Program-made: the position numbers and the translations under genes
Notes under the pieces: generated by a model
Told to the model about the DNA's origin: nothing
Databases searched by the model: none
Seen by the model: only the letters and a program-made list of their open reading frames with translations
Shown: one piece after another, positions 31,256 to 40,901 of the stretch
Numbering within the stretch: position 1 is the stretch's first letter
Layout: every line of letters begins with the position of its first letter
NCBI RefSeq assembly: GCF_011386835.1
Contig: NC_088794.1
Location: 9,796,001 to 9,860,000 of the forward strand
Direction of reading: 5' to 3'
Source: Chrysemys picta bellii
Taxonomy: Eukaryota
Length of the DNA: 64,000 bases

Positions 31256-32703
31256 TGATGGAATACAGCCTTGTGTTCACACCCCACACATTATTGTGAA
31301 TAATGTTTGTACAAAGTATGCCTGGTGAGGTATCGTTTGAAAACTCATAATTTGCTGGTCAGTATTGTCCTGATAAAATAGGTGTGACAACATTGTATGG
31401 GAAATTATAAGATTTTCCTGTATAGTGATTTTGAGAGATGTTCCAACCCCTCCCCCCCAGCCCTACCCAAACAAAAGTCAGCAAACAGGTCTGTCCTAAA
31501 CAAAGGAATGTATGCTTGCCTTTATTTGCATTTAAGCCATAAACAGAGTCATGAAGCAGGAAGGGAAACAAAGGAAACTCAAACAGATGGAAAAAAAAAC
31601 TCTTTGACTCCTGGTTCTTGGCTGGAAATGTTTTTCAAGAGTGGGACTGGAACTATAACAAGCCGGGAAAACACCCCAGCCACCCTCCCTCTCTGCCCAC
31701 TTCATTTGCTGCACCTAAGAAGACAATTGAAATAGCCATTGGACACTAGGGTAGGGGTCCTGACCTGAAAGTTTTGTCAGTAGGTCTGCTGCAGCATGTG
31801 GTGAGAAAGTTTGCTTTGCAACTGAGGTAGTTTCTTAAGCAGATACTAGTAAGTTTCTCTCTATTTTTCTTGTAACCATTTCTGACCTTTATGTCTCATT
31901 ACCTTAGGCGCCGAGTTTCTAATCTGCTGGGGGGGGGGGGTGTTCCCCCCTGGCTCTGCCCAGGCCCTGCCCCCACTCCACCCCTTCCCCCAATGCCCGC
32001 CCCACCTCTTCCCTGCCCCTTTCTTCCCCCTTCCACTCCCCCCCCTCAGTGTCTCCTGATGCCATGAAACAGCTGATCCGTGGCAGGTGGGAGGTGCTAA
32101 TGGGTGGGGGCCCCCCAGCAGGCAGGATGCACTGGGGGGAGGGAGAGGTGTTGATGGAGGGGGGGCTGCCAGTGGGTGCTCAGCACCCACCATTTTTTCC
32201 CCGTGGGTGCTCCAGCCCGGGAGCACCCATGGAGTCAGCGCCTATGCTCACTACTTGTACTCACTTAAAATCTCTCCCTCTCTGTAGTTATTAAACTTGT
32301 TTTACTGTTTTATCTAATCCAGTGTGTTTAAATTGAAATCTTTGGGTAACTATTTAAGGTAATAAGCTGGCATATTGTTCCCTTAAAGGAATAATGGATT
32401 TAATGTATTTGTCCTGTCCAGGAGAGGGCTGGGCAGTTCAGGACACACATTTCTAGGGGGAAATCCAGGACTGGGAGTGTGTTGGGGTCACCCTGCGATA
32501 TAACCAAGGCTGGTGAGAGCCAGGGTGGAGCTGGCAGGCTGCAGTTACACACAGACACTCAGGATGTGGCTTGCATGATGGGAGTCTGTTTGTGAGCAGC
32601 CCAGATGGGAACTACTTCAGCAAGGCCTTGTAAGGCACCCAAGGTTGCAGGGCAAGGGTGACACTGCCCCCCACTGGCCTGAACTGTACCCTGGTATGTC
32701 ACA
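31256..32703 (+). mobile_element. Solo LTR (related family) containing a hAT MITE
   Basis: LTR-like internal blocks shared with neighbouring LTRs, ending GGTATGTCACA. The 5' boundary is approximate. Confidence 0.65.
31903..32246. mobile_element. hAT MITE
   Basis: Termini CTTAGGCGCCGAG/GTCAGCGCCTATG and TSD CTCATTAC/CTCACTAC. Confidence 0.8.
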
Positions 32704-33571
32704 GGGAGGTATTTGCATCTGAATGCCCCCTATTTGTGTGGATACTATGGAAAACCAGTTAAAACATTTTTAACCAAAGGAATTAACAGAGGCTTTCGTC
32801 CTCTGAATTTCCCTTATTAAGAGCTTGTCTAGACGATGTGACCCTACGGGAGTGAAGTTGACGCACGTACGTTACAAGGCCTTAAACCCCTGTGTGGACG
32901 CTCTCTTTCAGAAGCGGCCTCGGTTTTGACAACAGGAGTCAGGGCCGCCACAGAAGATTGCAGGAGTTTTCTCCCAAACACTGTTCATCATCAGGCTTTT
33001 GAGCCGTCTTGAAGCTTTTGACAGATTTGTATAGTCCAGGTGTGTTCCCTGTTTGACTCTTTAAGTTCAAGGAGAAGGCAGGCAGCCCTGGTGCCCTCAT
33101 CTTAACTTTCCTGAGTGTTGCACTGTGCGGAAAAGTCTGTGCAATATTTCACAGGCATCAATTTTGGGCTGACAAAATTTCAATAAATGGTTTAAGGTTA
33201 AAATTGCAGGTGATCTTGCTCCTTCTTTCTGTCCTGTGCTGGTCAGGCCATCTTCCGTGAAGGCCCAACAGTGGTAGGTCCTGCTGCACATACTCAGGGT
33301 GTTGGCCTGGCTGTATAGTGATTCCCTCTATAAGTAATGCATACAAAGGGCTGACCCTCTTAGCCCATTAGAAGTAACAGTTGTTCCATGTTTTTGGTGC
33401 TTTAACTGTAAAGATTCCTCTTTGATCGCAGCCTCTACCTGCTCGCTAATGACACATCATATAAACATTTTCTTTTACTGACGATGTGATCACAGGAAAA
33501 TATAACTTACAAATGCATTTGTTGTGTTTACGCCTTCCTTATGTCATGATGGTGATGTTAATGAATCCACG

Positions 33572-33811
33572 CAGGGCTTAATTTGTAAGGAAAGAGGTGC
33601 CGGGGCTCAAGCAATTTTTGTACTTTCATAACTGATGCAGTGAGCCCAGAGGGGCCGGGGCTCTGAACTGCCAGGCCCAGAGGGGCCGGGGCTCTGAACT
33701 GCCAGGCCCAGAGGGGCCAGGGCTCTGAACTGCCAGGCCCAGAGGGGCCAGGGCTCTGAACTGCCAGGCCCGGAGGGGCCGGGGCTCAGCCCTGGCACAA
33801 ATGAAACACTG
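33572..33811. mobile_element. hAT MITE with internal 30-bp tandem repeats
   Basis: Termini CAGGGCTTAATTTGT/ACAAATGAAACACTG, TSD AATCCACG/AGTCCACG, and internal CCCAGAGGGGCCGGGGCTCTGAACTGCCAGG units. Confidence 0.82.
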
Positions 33812-34136
33812 AGTCCACGACTGCGATAGCCACAAGGTGCCAGGATGCAATCGGATAAGCTGCCATGAACATCTTTGCACCTCACTTAAACCATCATGAT
33901 GTTGTGTCCCAGCACATAGGTGGAGCACAGGGCTGATCCCCTGAGCCAGAAGCAGCCAGAGACAGAGGGCAGAATTTACTAGACGTGCTCAGTATTTGTT
34001 TCTGAACCCATATAGGGTGTTTTCCACCTAATCTCCCTCAGTGCCTATGTTTTCAGGGTAAGAGTTCCTTAGATGCCAAAGTGTCTGCCTCTGAGCATGC
34101 GCACCACTGCCTTATCCTAGGCATCCAGATGCAGAT

Positions 34137-34870
34137 ATCCTATGCACTTCTACAGACTAGGGACCGAGTGGCAAGGCAGCAATTCTGCAGAAAAGGACCT
34201 AGGGGTTACAGTAGACGAGAAGCTGGATACGAGTCAACAGTGTGTCCTTGTTGCCAAGAAGGCTAATGGCATTTTGGGCTGTATAAGTAGGGGCATTGCC
34301 AGCAGATCGAGGGATGTGATCGTTCCCCTCTATTCGACATTGGTGAGGCCTCATCTGGAGTACTGTGACCAGTTTTGGGCCCCACACTACAAGAAGGATG
34401 TGGAAAAATTGGAAAGAGTCCAGTGGAGGGCAACAAAAATGATTAGGGGGCTGGAGCACATGACTTATGAGGAGAGGCTGAGGGAAAGGGGATTGTTTAG
34501 TCTGCAGAAGAGAAGAATGAGGGGGATTTGATAGCTGCTTTCAACTACCCGAAAGGGCGTTCCAAAGAGGATGGATCTAGACTGTTCTCAGTGGTACCAG
34601 ATGACAGAACAAGGAGCAATGGTCTCAAGTTGCAGTGGGGGAGGTTTAGGTTGGATATTAGAAAAAACTTTTCCACTAGGAGGGTGGTGAAGCACTGGAA
34701 CGGGTTACCTAGGGAGGTGGTGGAATCTCCTTCCTTAGAGGTTTTTAAGGTCAGACTTGACAAAGCCCTGGCTGGGATGATTGAGTTGGGGATTGGTCCT
34801 GCTTTGAGCAGGGGGTGGGACTAGATGACCTCCTGAGGTCCCTTCCAACCCTGATATTCTATGATTCTAT
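34137..34870 (+). mobile_element. Young 5'-truncated CR1 LINE
   Basis: ORF2 tail in two ORFs (34142-34531 [28 protein letters not shown]; 34528-34824 [19 protein letters not shown]), one frameshift, and tail ATTCTATGATTCTAT. Confidence 0.93.
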
Positions 34871-36291
34871 AATCTAGCCCCAGAGTGATTCATGAACCAG
34901 GGAAGATTTGGGGGGGCGCAATGCTTATCTAGTGTGTGGGGCCCAATTCGGTAGGTGTACTCAGAGGCTGCCTACTGGATCGGGTCCCATTCAAAATCTG
35001 GCTGGAGGAGGAGTTTAGATTCCACCCACCTTATAACTTCTAGTCCAGTGGTTAGAGTCCTTGCCTGGTATGTGACACCCGCCCCCCCCCCCGTTCAAAT
35101 CCTGTCTCCCACAGCCCAGGTGAGTGCTCTGAGCACTGGGCTAGAAGCTGCAAAGCAGGTACCACCCCCTTCTGTGCCTGTCTGGTGGGGAATTAGGCAC
35201 CTGCTAGCTCTGTCTCACAAGAAACAGCTGAGAGGCACCTAAGCCCCCTGACTTCTGGAGACGGGTTCCCGTTTGCCAGGCAGAACTAGGCTCCTACCTG
35301 CAGCGGGGACTTAGGTACTGAACTTGCAGGGGAGGGGAGGAGGTCTTTCTGTTCAGCGTCTGCTATTGGCTGGTTTAGGCAGCTCCCCACCCAGCATGCT
35401 GGCTTTTGAGGTTCCTGCTCTGAGGCGCCTCTCTCCTGCCAGTCATTGCCGAGGGAGCTCGGGCACCTCGCTCGGGATCTGTGATTTGCAGGGTGGCCCT
35501 GTGACTATTTTGGTGCCTAAAAGCTAGTGAGGCTGAGCGTTCAGTGCCTAAGTCCCTTAGGCCTCCTCCTCACTGCTACAAAAGGCGATCTTTGTTTTGT
35601 TTAACTCGGGGGAGCTAATCTGAGCTAAAACCACAGTGAGGACAAGGCACTTGGGTTTTTGCAGTGAGGAAAAGGCCTGAGAAAATGTCTTTGGAATAGA
35701 TGGTGGGGGTGGGGAGCACGCGCCCATATGGCTGTGTGCCAAAGGAGAGAAGTGCAAATTTTGTTTTGAAAATTGGATCAATGTGTGTAACCGTGTCAAA
35801 GGGGGAGGGCAGGGTGGGTGTAAAAAGCAACGGTGGATTTCTCCTGCCCAACCGCTTGTGTTTAAAAGTTATTCATGAGTATTTCAAATACTGTTTACAA
35901 CGCTTCCCCGCTAGTTACAGTGTTTGGCGTACATTAGAAACTGGACAGCCGGCGGTAAACAAAACACTAATCTACAATGGAGAGGGACAAAAAGGGGACA
36001 AAGCCCTTCCGTCAGGGTTTTACATAGAGCAGCCGTGCACACTGCTTCTCCGGCTTACAGAAATACTGGTCTTTATTTGTGTCCACATTTAAACGGGAGA
36101 TTTCATCACGGTAGCAAAGGGGGCGGGCAGTGGCCCCAACCATCACAACAGGCCACCCCCGGCCCAGGAGATGGGGAAAGGGGAGAGGTAGTGGATGGTG
36201 AGGGCCTCTAAAAGAGCTGTAGCCCACGAAAGCTTATGCTCAAATAAATTTGTTAGTCTCTACCGAGTACTCCTGTTCTTCTTTTCTATTA

Positions 36292-36576
36292 GGCTAGGTC
36301 TACACTACCCGCCTGAATCGGCGGGTAGAAATCGACCTCTCGGGGATCGATTTATCGCGTCCCGTCGGGATGCGACAATCGATCCCCGAATCGACGCTCT
36401 TACTCCACCAGCAGAGGTGGGAGTAAGCGCCGTCAACGGGAAGCCGCGGAGGTCGATTTTGCCGCCGTCCTCACAACGGGGTAAGTCGGCTGCGATACGT
36501 CGAATTCAGCTACGCTATTCACGTAGCTGAATTTGCGTATCTTAAATCGACTCCCCCTTGTAGTGTAGATGTAGCC
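36292..36576. mobile_element. PIF/Harbinger-type MITE
   Basis: TIR GGCTAGGTCTACACTAC/GTAGTGTAGATGTAGCC (15/17), flanked by TTA/TAA. Confidence 0.85.
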
Positions 36577-37105
36577 TAAAAGAGCTGCTAGCCGTCAGTC
36601 ATAGCTACCGGTAGCACGTTGTGCCGGTAGAAGTTTCTAACATTACAGCCCCAGCCAGGACCTTGCCCCGTGGACTGTCTTATCCTTGGGTCTGTGACCC
36701 ACATCTTCCCCATCCCGCGACATGGATTGCGCTGCACCCCCGGCCCCTTCTGCCTCCACTGGCATAGGCTGGGTTCAGTGCCCCCACAACCGGGTCAGAC
36801 TGGGCTCGGGGCTCCCACCTACCCGTGCCCCACTCTGGGTCACGCCGGGCTCTGTGGCCACCCCCTTCCCCCATCAATTGATGCTGGACTCGTTGCCTTG
36901 CCCCCCGGCTCCTCTCCGCATCAGGTGATGCTCCGCTCGCTGTCTTGTTTCCCTGGCCCCATCACTCCCCCTTCTCTGGGTCACGTGGGCTCTGTGCCCC
37001 TGGCCTCTCCCCCGTCTCTGAGGGCGGGGAGGGGCAAGGTACATTTGATTTATTTCCTGGACCGGTTAGTCCCTGGATGGCATTTCTGCCGTTATCTTGC
37101 ATAAT

Positions 37106-37115
37106 NNNNNNNNNN
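37106..37115. other. Assembly gap (10 N)
   Basis: Run of ten N characters. Confidence 1.
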
Positions 37116-37400
37116 GTGGTGGGAGAAGGAAGAAGGAAGAGGAGGGAAGGAGGTAGGGTGGCAGTGGTGGGAGGAAGAAGAGGGCAGGAGGGAGAGTGGC
37201 AGTGGTGGGAGGAAGAAGAGGACAGGAGGGAGAGTGGCAGTGGTGGGAGGAAGAAGAGGGAAGGAGGTAGCGCGGCAGTGGTGGGAGGAAGAAGAGGGCA
37301 GGAGGGAGCGTGGCAGCGGTGGGAGGAGAAGGAAGAGGAGGGAGCGTGGCAGGGGGAGGAGGAAGAGGAGAAAAGGAGGGAGCGCAGTGGGAAGAGGCGG
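37116..37400. repeat. Purine-rich ~39-bp tandem repeat adjoining the gap
   Basis: GTGGCAGTGGTGGGAGGAAGAAGAGGGCAGGAGGGAGA units. Confidence 0.85.
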
Positions 37401-37440
37401 GAGGAAGAAGAGCAGGAGGAGGGAGCTCAGCATCCCTGGC

Positions 37441-37764
37441 ATGTTCCTTTTCCTCCGTGAGTCGCAGCGCCTGAGCAGCGAGATGCCCGAGCCCCGGATC
37501 TCCCGCCCGGTCCCCCGGAGCAGCTCCCGCCAGCGGCCAGCCAGCAGGCAGGGCTCGCGCAGGAGGGGTGGCCGCAGCCGGCGGAGGGAGGAGCCCCCTG
37601 GCCCCGCAGGGCACACAGGGAGGGGGGCCATGCCCGGCTGGGACCCGCACGGAGCCTGCAGCCCAGAGGAGGAGGCAGCATCGGGCAAGGCCAGCTTGGC
37701 CCCTGCAGAGGGGCCCCAGGGTGCCGAGGACTTGGTGCCCATGCTCAGCTCCATCTTTGGGCAG
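37441..37764 (+). CDS. CABP2: Probable alternative first coding exon of CABP2 (caldendrin/CaBP4-like N-terminus)
   Basis: Open frame ending ...EDLVPMLSSIFGQ at a strong phase-0 donor CAG|GTGAGT (37764/37765), compatible with the phase-0 exon at 44097 ([11 protein letters not shown]). It resembles caldendrin PMLSSAFGQ|DRSLRPEE. The start is uncertain (ATG at 37441 or 37483). Confidence 0.75.
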
Positions 37765-38213
37765 GTGAGTGGGCGGGGAGGGGGTGAGGCAAGATTGGGG
37801 AGCAGGGTGGCAGCGGGGATGGGGCGGGATTGGGGGCAGTGGGAAAGATGGGGTGGCGGGGAGGGAGCTGGGGCAATGGGGGAGGGATGGCGGGGTCAGG
37901 GTGAGAGACACCAGGGAGGGGCTGCCTGGCACAGGGGTGGGGGTCCCTGAGGTGATATCCCAGAAATGCCCCCAGCCAGTTGCCCAGGCCAGGCCCCGGA
38001 GTTACTCTGAGCCAGGCAGATAGGGTCAAGCTCCCCCGTGGGGCCTCCTGCGGGCAGCATGGTCAGGCTGCGGCGCTGCGGGGGAAAGGTCCGAGAGCCT
38101 GCTGGAGAGGCGGGGTGGACTGGGCAGTGGGGTGGGGTAGGCCAAGGCTGGGCGATGCTCCCTGGCCCTGCCGGTGGGGAGAGCCGGGCCGAGCTGGGCG
38201 ATGCTCCCTGGCC

Positions 38214-39501
38214 TAGGGTTACCATACGTCCGGATTTTCCCGGACATGTCCGGCTTTTGGGGGCTCAAATCCCCGTCCGGGGGGAAATCCCCAAAAGCCA
38301 GGCATGTCCGGGATAATCGGGAGGGAGGGAGGGCTCGGTGGTGCTCGGCCGGGGCCTCTTTGGCTGGGGTCGGCGGTGCGGGGCCGGAGCTGGTGCAGGG
38401 CCGGGCCGGGGTCGCGGGGCCGGGGGCATGGTGCCGGGCCGGGAGCGCGGTGCCGGGCCGGGGTCCAGGAGCCGGGCGTGCGGTGCCAGGCCGGGAACCA
38501 GGGGCGCGGTGCCGGGCCGTGGGCAGGAGACGGGGTCGCAGTGCCGGGCCGTGAGCCAGGGTCTGGGCCGGGAGCCGGGCCCGCGGGGCCGGGAGCCGGT
38601 CTGGGCCCGCGGGGCCGGGAGCCGGTCCGGGAGCCGGGGTCGCGGGGCCGGGCCCGCGGGGCCGGAAGCCGGTCCGGGGTCGCAGGGCTGGGAGCCGGTC
38701 GCGGGGCCGGGAGCCAGTCACGGGGTCGGGCCGGGGTCCGGGAGCTGGGGGCGCGGTGCCGGGGGCGCGGTGCCGGGCCGGGGTCTGGGCCGGGGTCCAG
38801 AGTCGCGGGGCCGGGCCGGGAGCCGGGGTCGTGGGGCCGGGCCGGGCTGGGCCGGGTGCGGTGCCGGACGGGGAGCCGGGGGCGCGGTGCCGGTCCGGGG
38901 TCAGCCGGTCCGGGGTCGCGGGGCTGGGAGCCGGTCCGGGGTCGCGGGGCCGGGAGCCGGTCGCGGGGTCGCCGGGCCGGGAGCGCGGGGCCGGGGGCGC
39001 GGGACCAGGCCGGGAGCCGGGCCGGGGTCCAGAGTCGCGGGGCCGGGCCGGGAGCCGGGGTCGCGGTGCCGAGCTGGGGTCCAGAGTCGCGGGGCCGGGC
39101 CGGGAGCTGGGAGCCGGGGTCCAGAGTTGCGGGGCCGGGAGCCGGGGGCCGGGGGCCAGTGCCCCGGGGCCCGAGCCAAGCCAGGCGGGAGACGCCGGGG
39201 CCAGAGCCTCTTGGCTTGGGCCGGCCGCCGAAGGGAGCCGCTCGGCCAGGAGGGCCAGACTGAGCCGCGCCGCACCCCGCCCCAGCCTACCTGCTGCCTC
39301 CCTGTTTCAGGCTTCCCGCGAACATTTGATTCGCGGGAGGCAGGGGAGGGGGAGGAGCAGGGGGCGGAGCGTTCAGGGGAGGGGGCAGAGTTGGGGCGGG
39401 GCTGAGGGCGGGGGAAGGGGCGGGGCTGAGGGCGGGGTTGGGGCGGGGCTGGGTCCCCATGGAGTGTCCTCCTTTTTAAAAACTAAAAGATGGTAACCCT
39501 A
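38214..39501. mobile_element. 1288-bp non-autonomous hAT element with extremely CpG-rich repetitive interior
   Basis: Perfect 12-bp TIR TAGGGTTACCAT/ATGGTAACCCTA and perfect 8-bp TSD CCCTGGCC. Confidence 0.92.
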
Positions 39502-40689
39502 CCCTGGCCCTGCCGGTGGGGAGAGCCGGGCCGGGCTGGGCTGGGCTCTCAGAGTTGGGGGTTGTCTCTCCGCCAATCGCTATGGTGCCGCCTTGGGGGG
39601 CTCTGGGCCCCAGCACCTGCATAGGTGCCTTGCGATGCCCCAGGCTTAGCCCTGACTTCCCCTCAGCGCAGCAGCCGCACAGAAGCCAGGCCACGCTGCA
39701 GGCTGGAGCAGCAGCAGCTGGGCGGTATGGTGAGACCCGCCAGCACCGTCATGGATCAGAGGGCTCTGGGCTGTGACCCAGCTCCACAGGGGCAGGTCCA
39801 CGGCCTCCACTGGGCCTGTGCAGGCACCAGTCACCCCGTCTCTCTCCGTGGCTCCCTGCAGCGAATGCAGCCGAGCCAGATGCCTGCCAGAGGCTTGCTT
39901 GGACCAGGTCCCTGCTGGCGCCATGCCCCAGTGAGCATTTGCAGAGACACCGGCAGCCTCAGATAGAAGCTGTTGCTAAACGCAAGGCAGGGCCAGCCCC
40001 GCCGCAGCCCCTGGGCAGAGCCCCTGCTACAGGAGCGGGAGAGCGGCCCCTGCCCTGCCCATGGCGTTCGCACTGGGGCTTCAGCAGCAGGGAAGGAGAA
40101 GCAGCCCCGGGTATGGGGGTGCTCAGCCCGCAGCCCACCGCCCTGCTGCTCCCTCCCTCCCCGTGCTGCACGGACACATGGTGAGTGCCGCCAGGGAGAG
40201 CCGCTGCCTTCTCACTGCTGGGCATCGCCCAGAGGCGGCCGGAAGCCTTGCCCACCCCCCGTGCCCTGTGGGGCAGTCTGCAGCGGCCCCGCTGGATGGG
40301 TCCCCTCAGAATATTTAGCTGTTGCTAAATGGAAGGCAGAAATTGGAAGGGGGGGGCATGACTCTGTGTGCCCCCCACATGTCGCCTCTGGTGTCCCCCC
40401 CGCCCCCCGTGCAATCACGAGGGATGGTGTACAGGGCTCGGGGCGGCACTGCCCGCCGCTGGGAGATATTTGTAAATCCCTGGTGATTGTCATTGGAGAT
40501 TAGGGCTGCATGCCAGCTGGGGGAGCAGTGCCCCTTTGGCAGGTACCCAAGTGGCAGCAGGCCGGCCAGCTGGCCTTGGGGGAGCAAGAGGGGCCATGAG
40601 CCCCTTGGGTGTCGGGTGGTGGGGAGCGGGGCCATGTGGGGACCAGCTGAGGCTGTCCCTGTGCCCAGAGCGGCGTGACTGAGAGGGGA

Positions 40690-40901
40690 GTAATCCCGGG
40701 ATTATGTGTGTGTGGGAGAGAGCCCCCCGCGCCCTGCATATCCAGAGATATTCAATAAAAACCTCAAATCCCCACGCAGCCACCGGCCCCTGTTACTATA
40801 AAAAACCCCGCCCCGGCCAGAGCGCCAGGCACAGCGCCAGGGCCGGGGCCAGCGCCAGGCCCGCACAGGCATGCTCTCTGGCACGGGGGGGCCCGCAAGC
40901 C
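40690..40901 (+). promoter_or_regulatory. CABP2 proximal promoter (TATA box and paired TAATCC/GGATTA homeodomain sites)
   Basis: TATAAAA at 40797-40803, about 100 nt before the ATG at 40902. TAATCCCGGGGATTA at 40691-40705. Confidence 0.7.

Noticed and set aside
33097-33346. Protein-like short minus-strand ORFs (62-64 aa) in AT-rich DNA
   Set aside because: No recognisable domain or convincing splice-site pair, and stops occur in all extended frames. A TBLASTX search would be needed to revive it.
38026-39496. G/P/R/A-rich ORFs of 231-355 aa
   Set aside because: They lie inside the GC-rich repetitive interior of a hAT element bounded by TIRs and a TSD.
40754-40759. AATAAA just upstream of the CABP2 TATA box as the end of an unknown gene
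   Set aside because: No upstream terminal exon was identified. It is more likely AT-rich promoter sequence, although premature termination of the alternative-exon transcript cannot be excluded.
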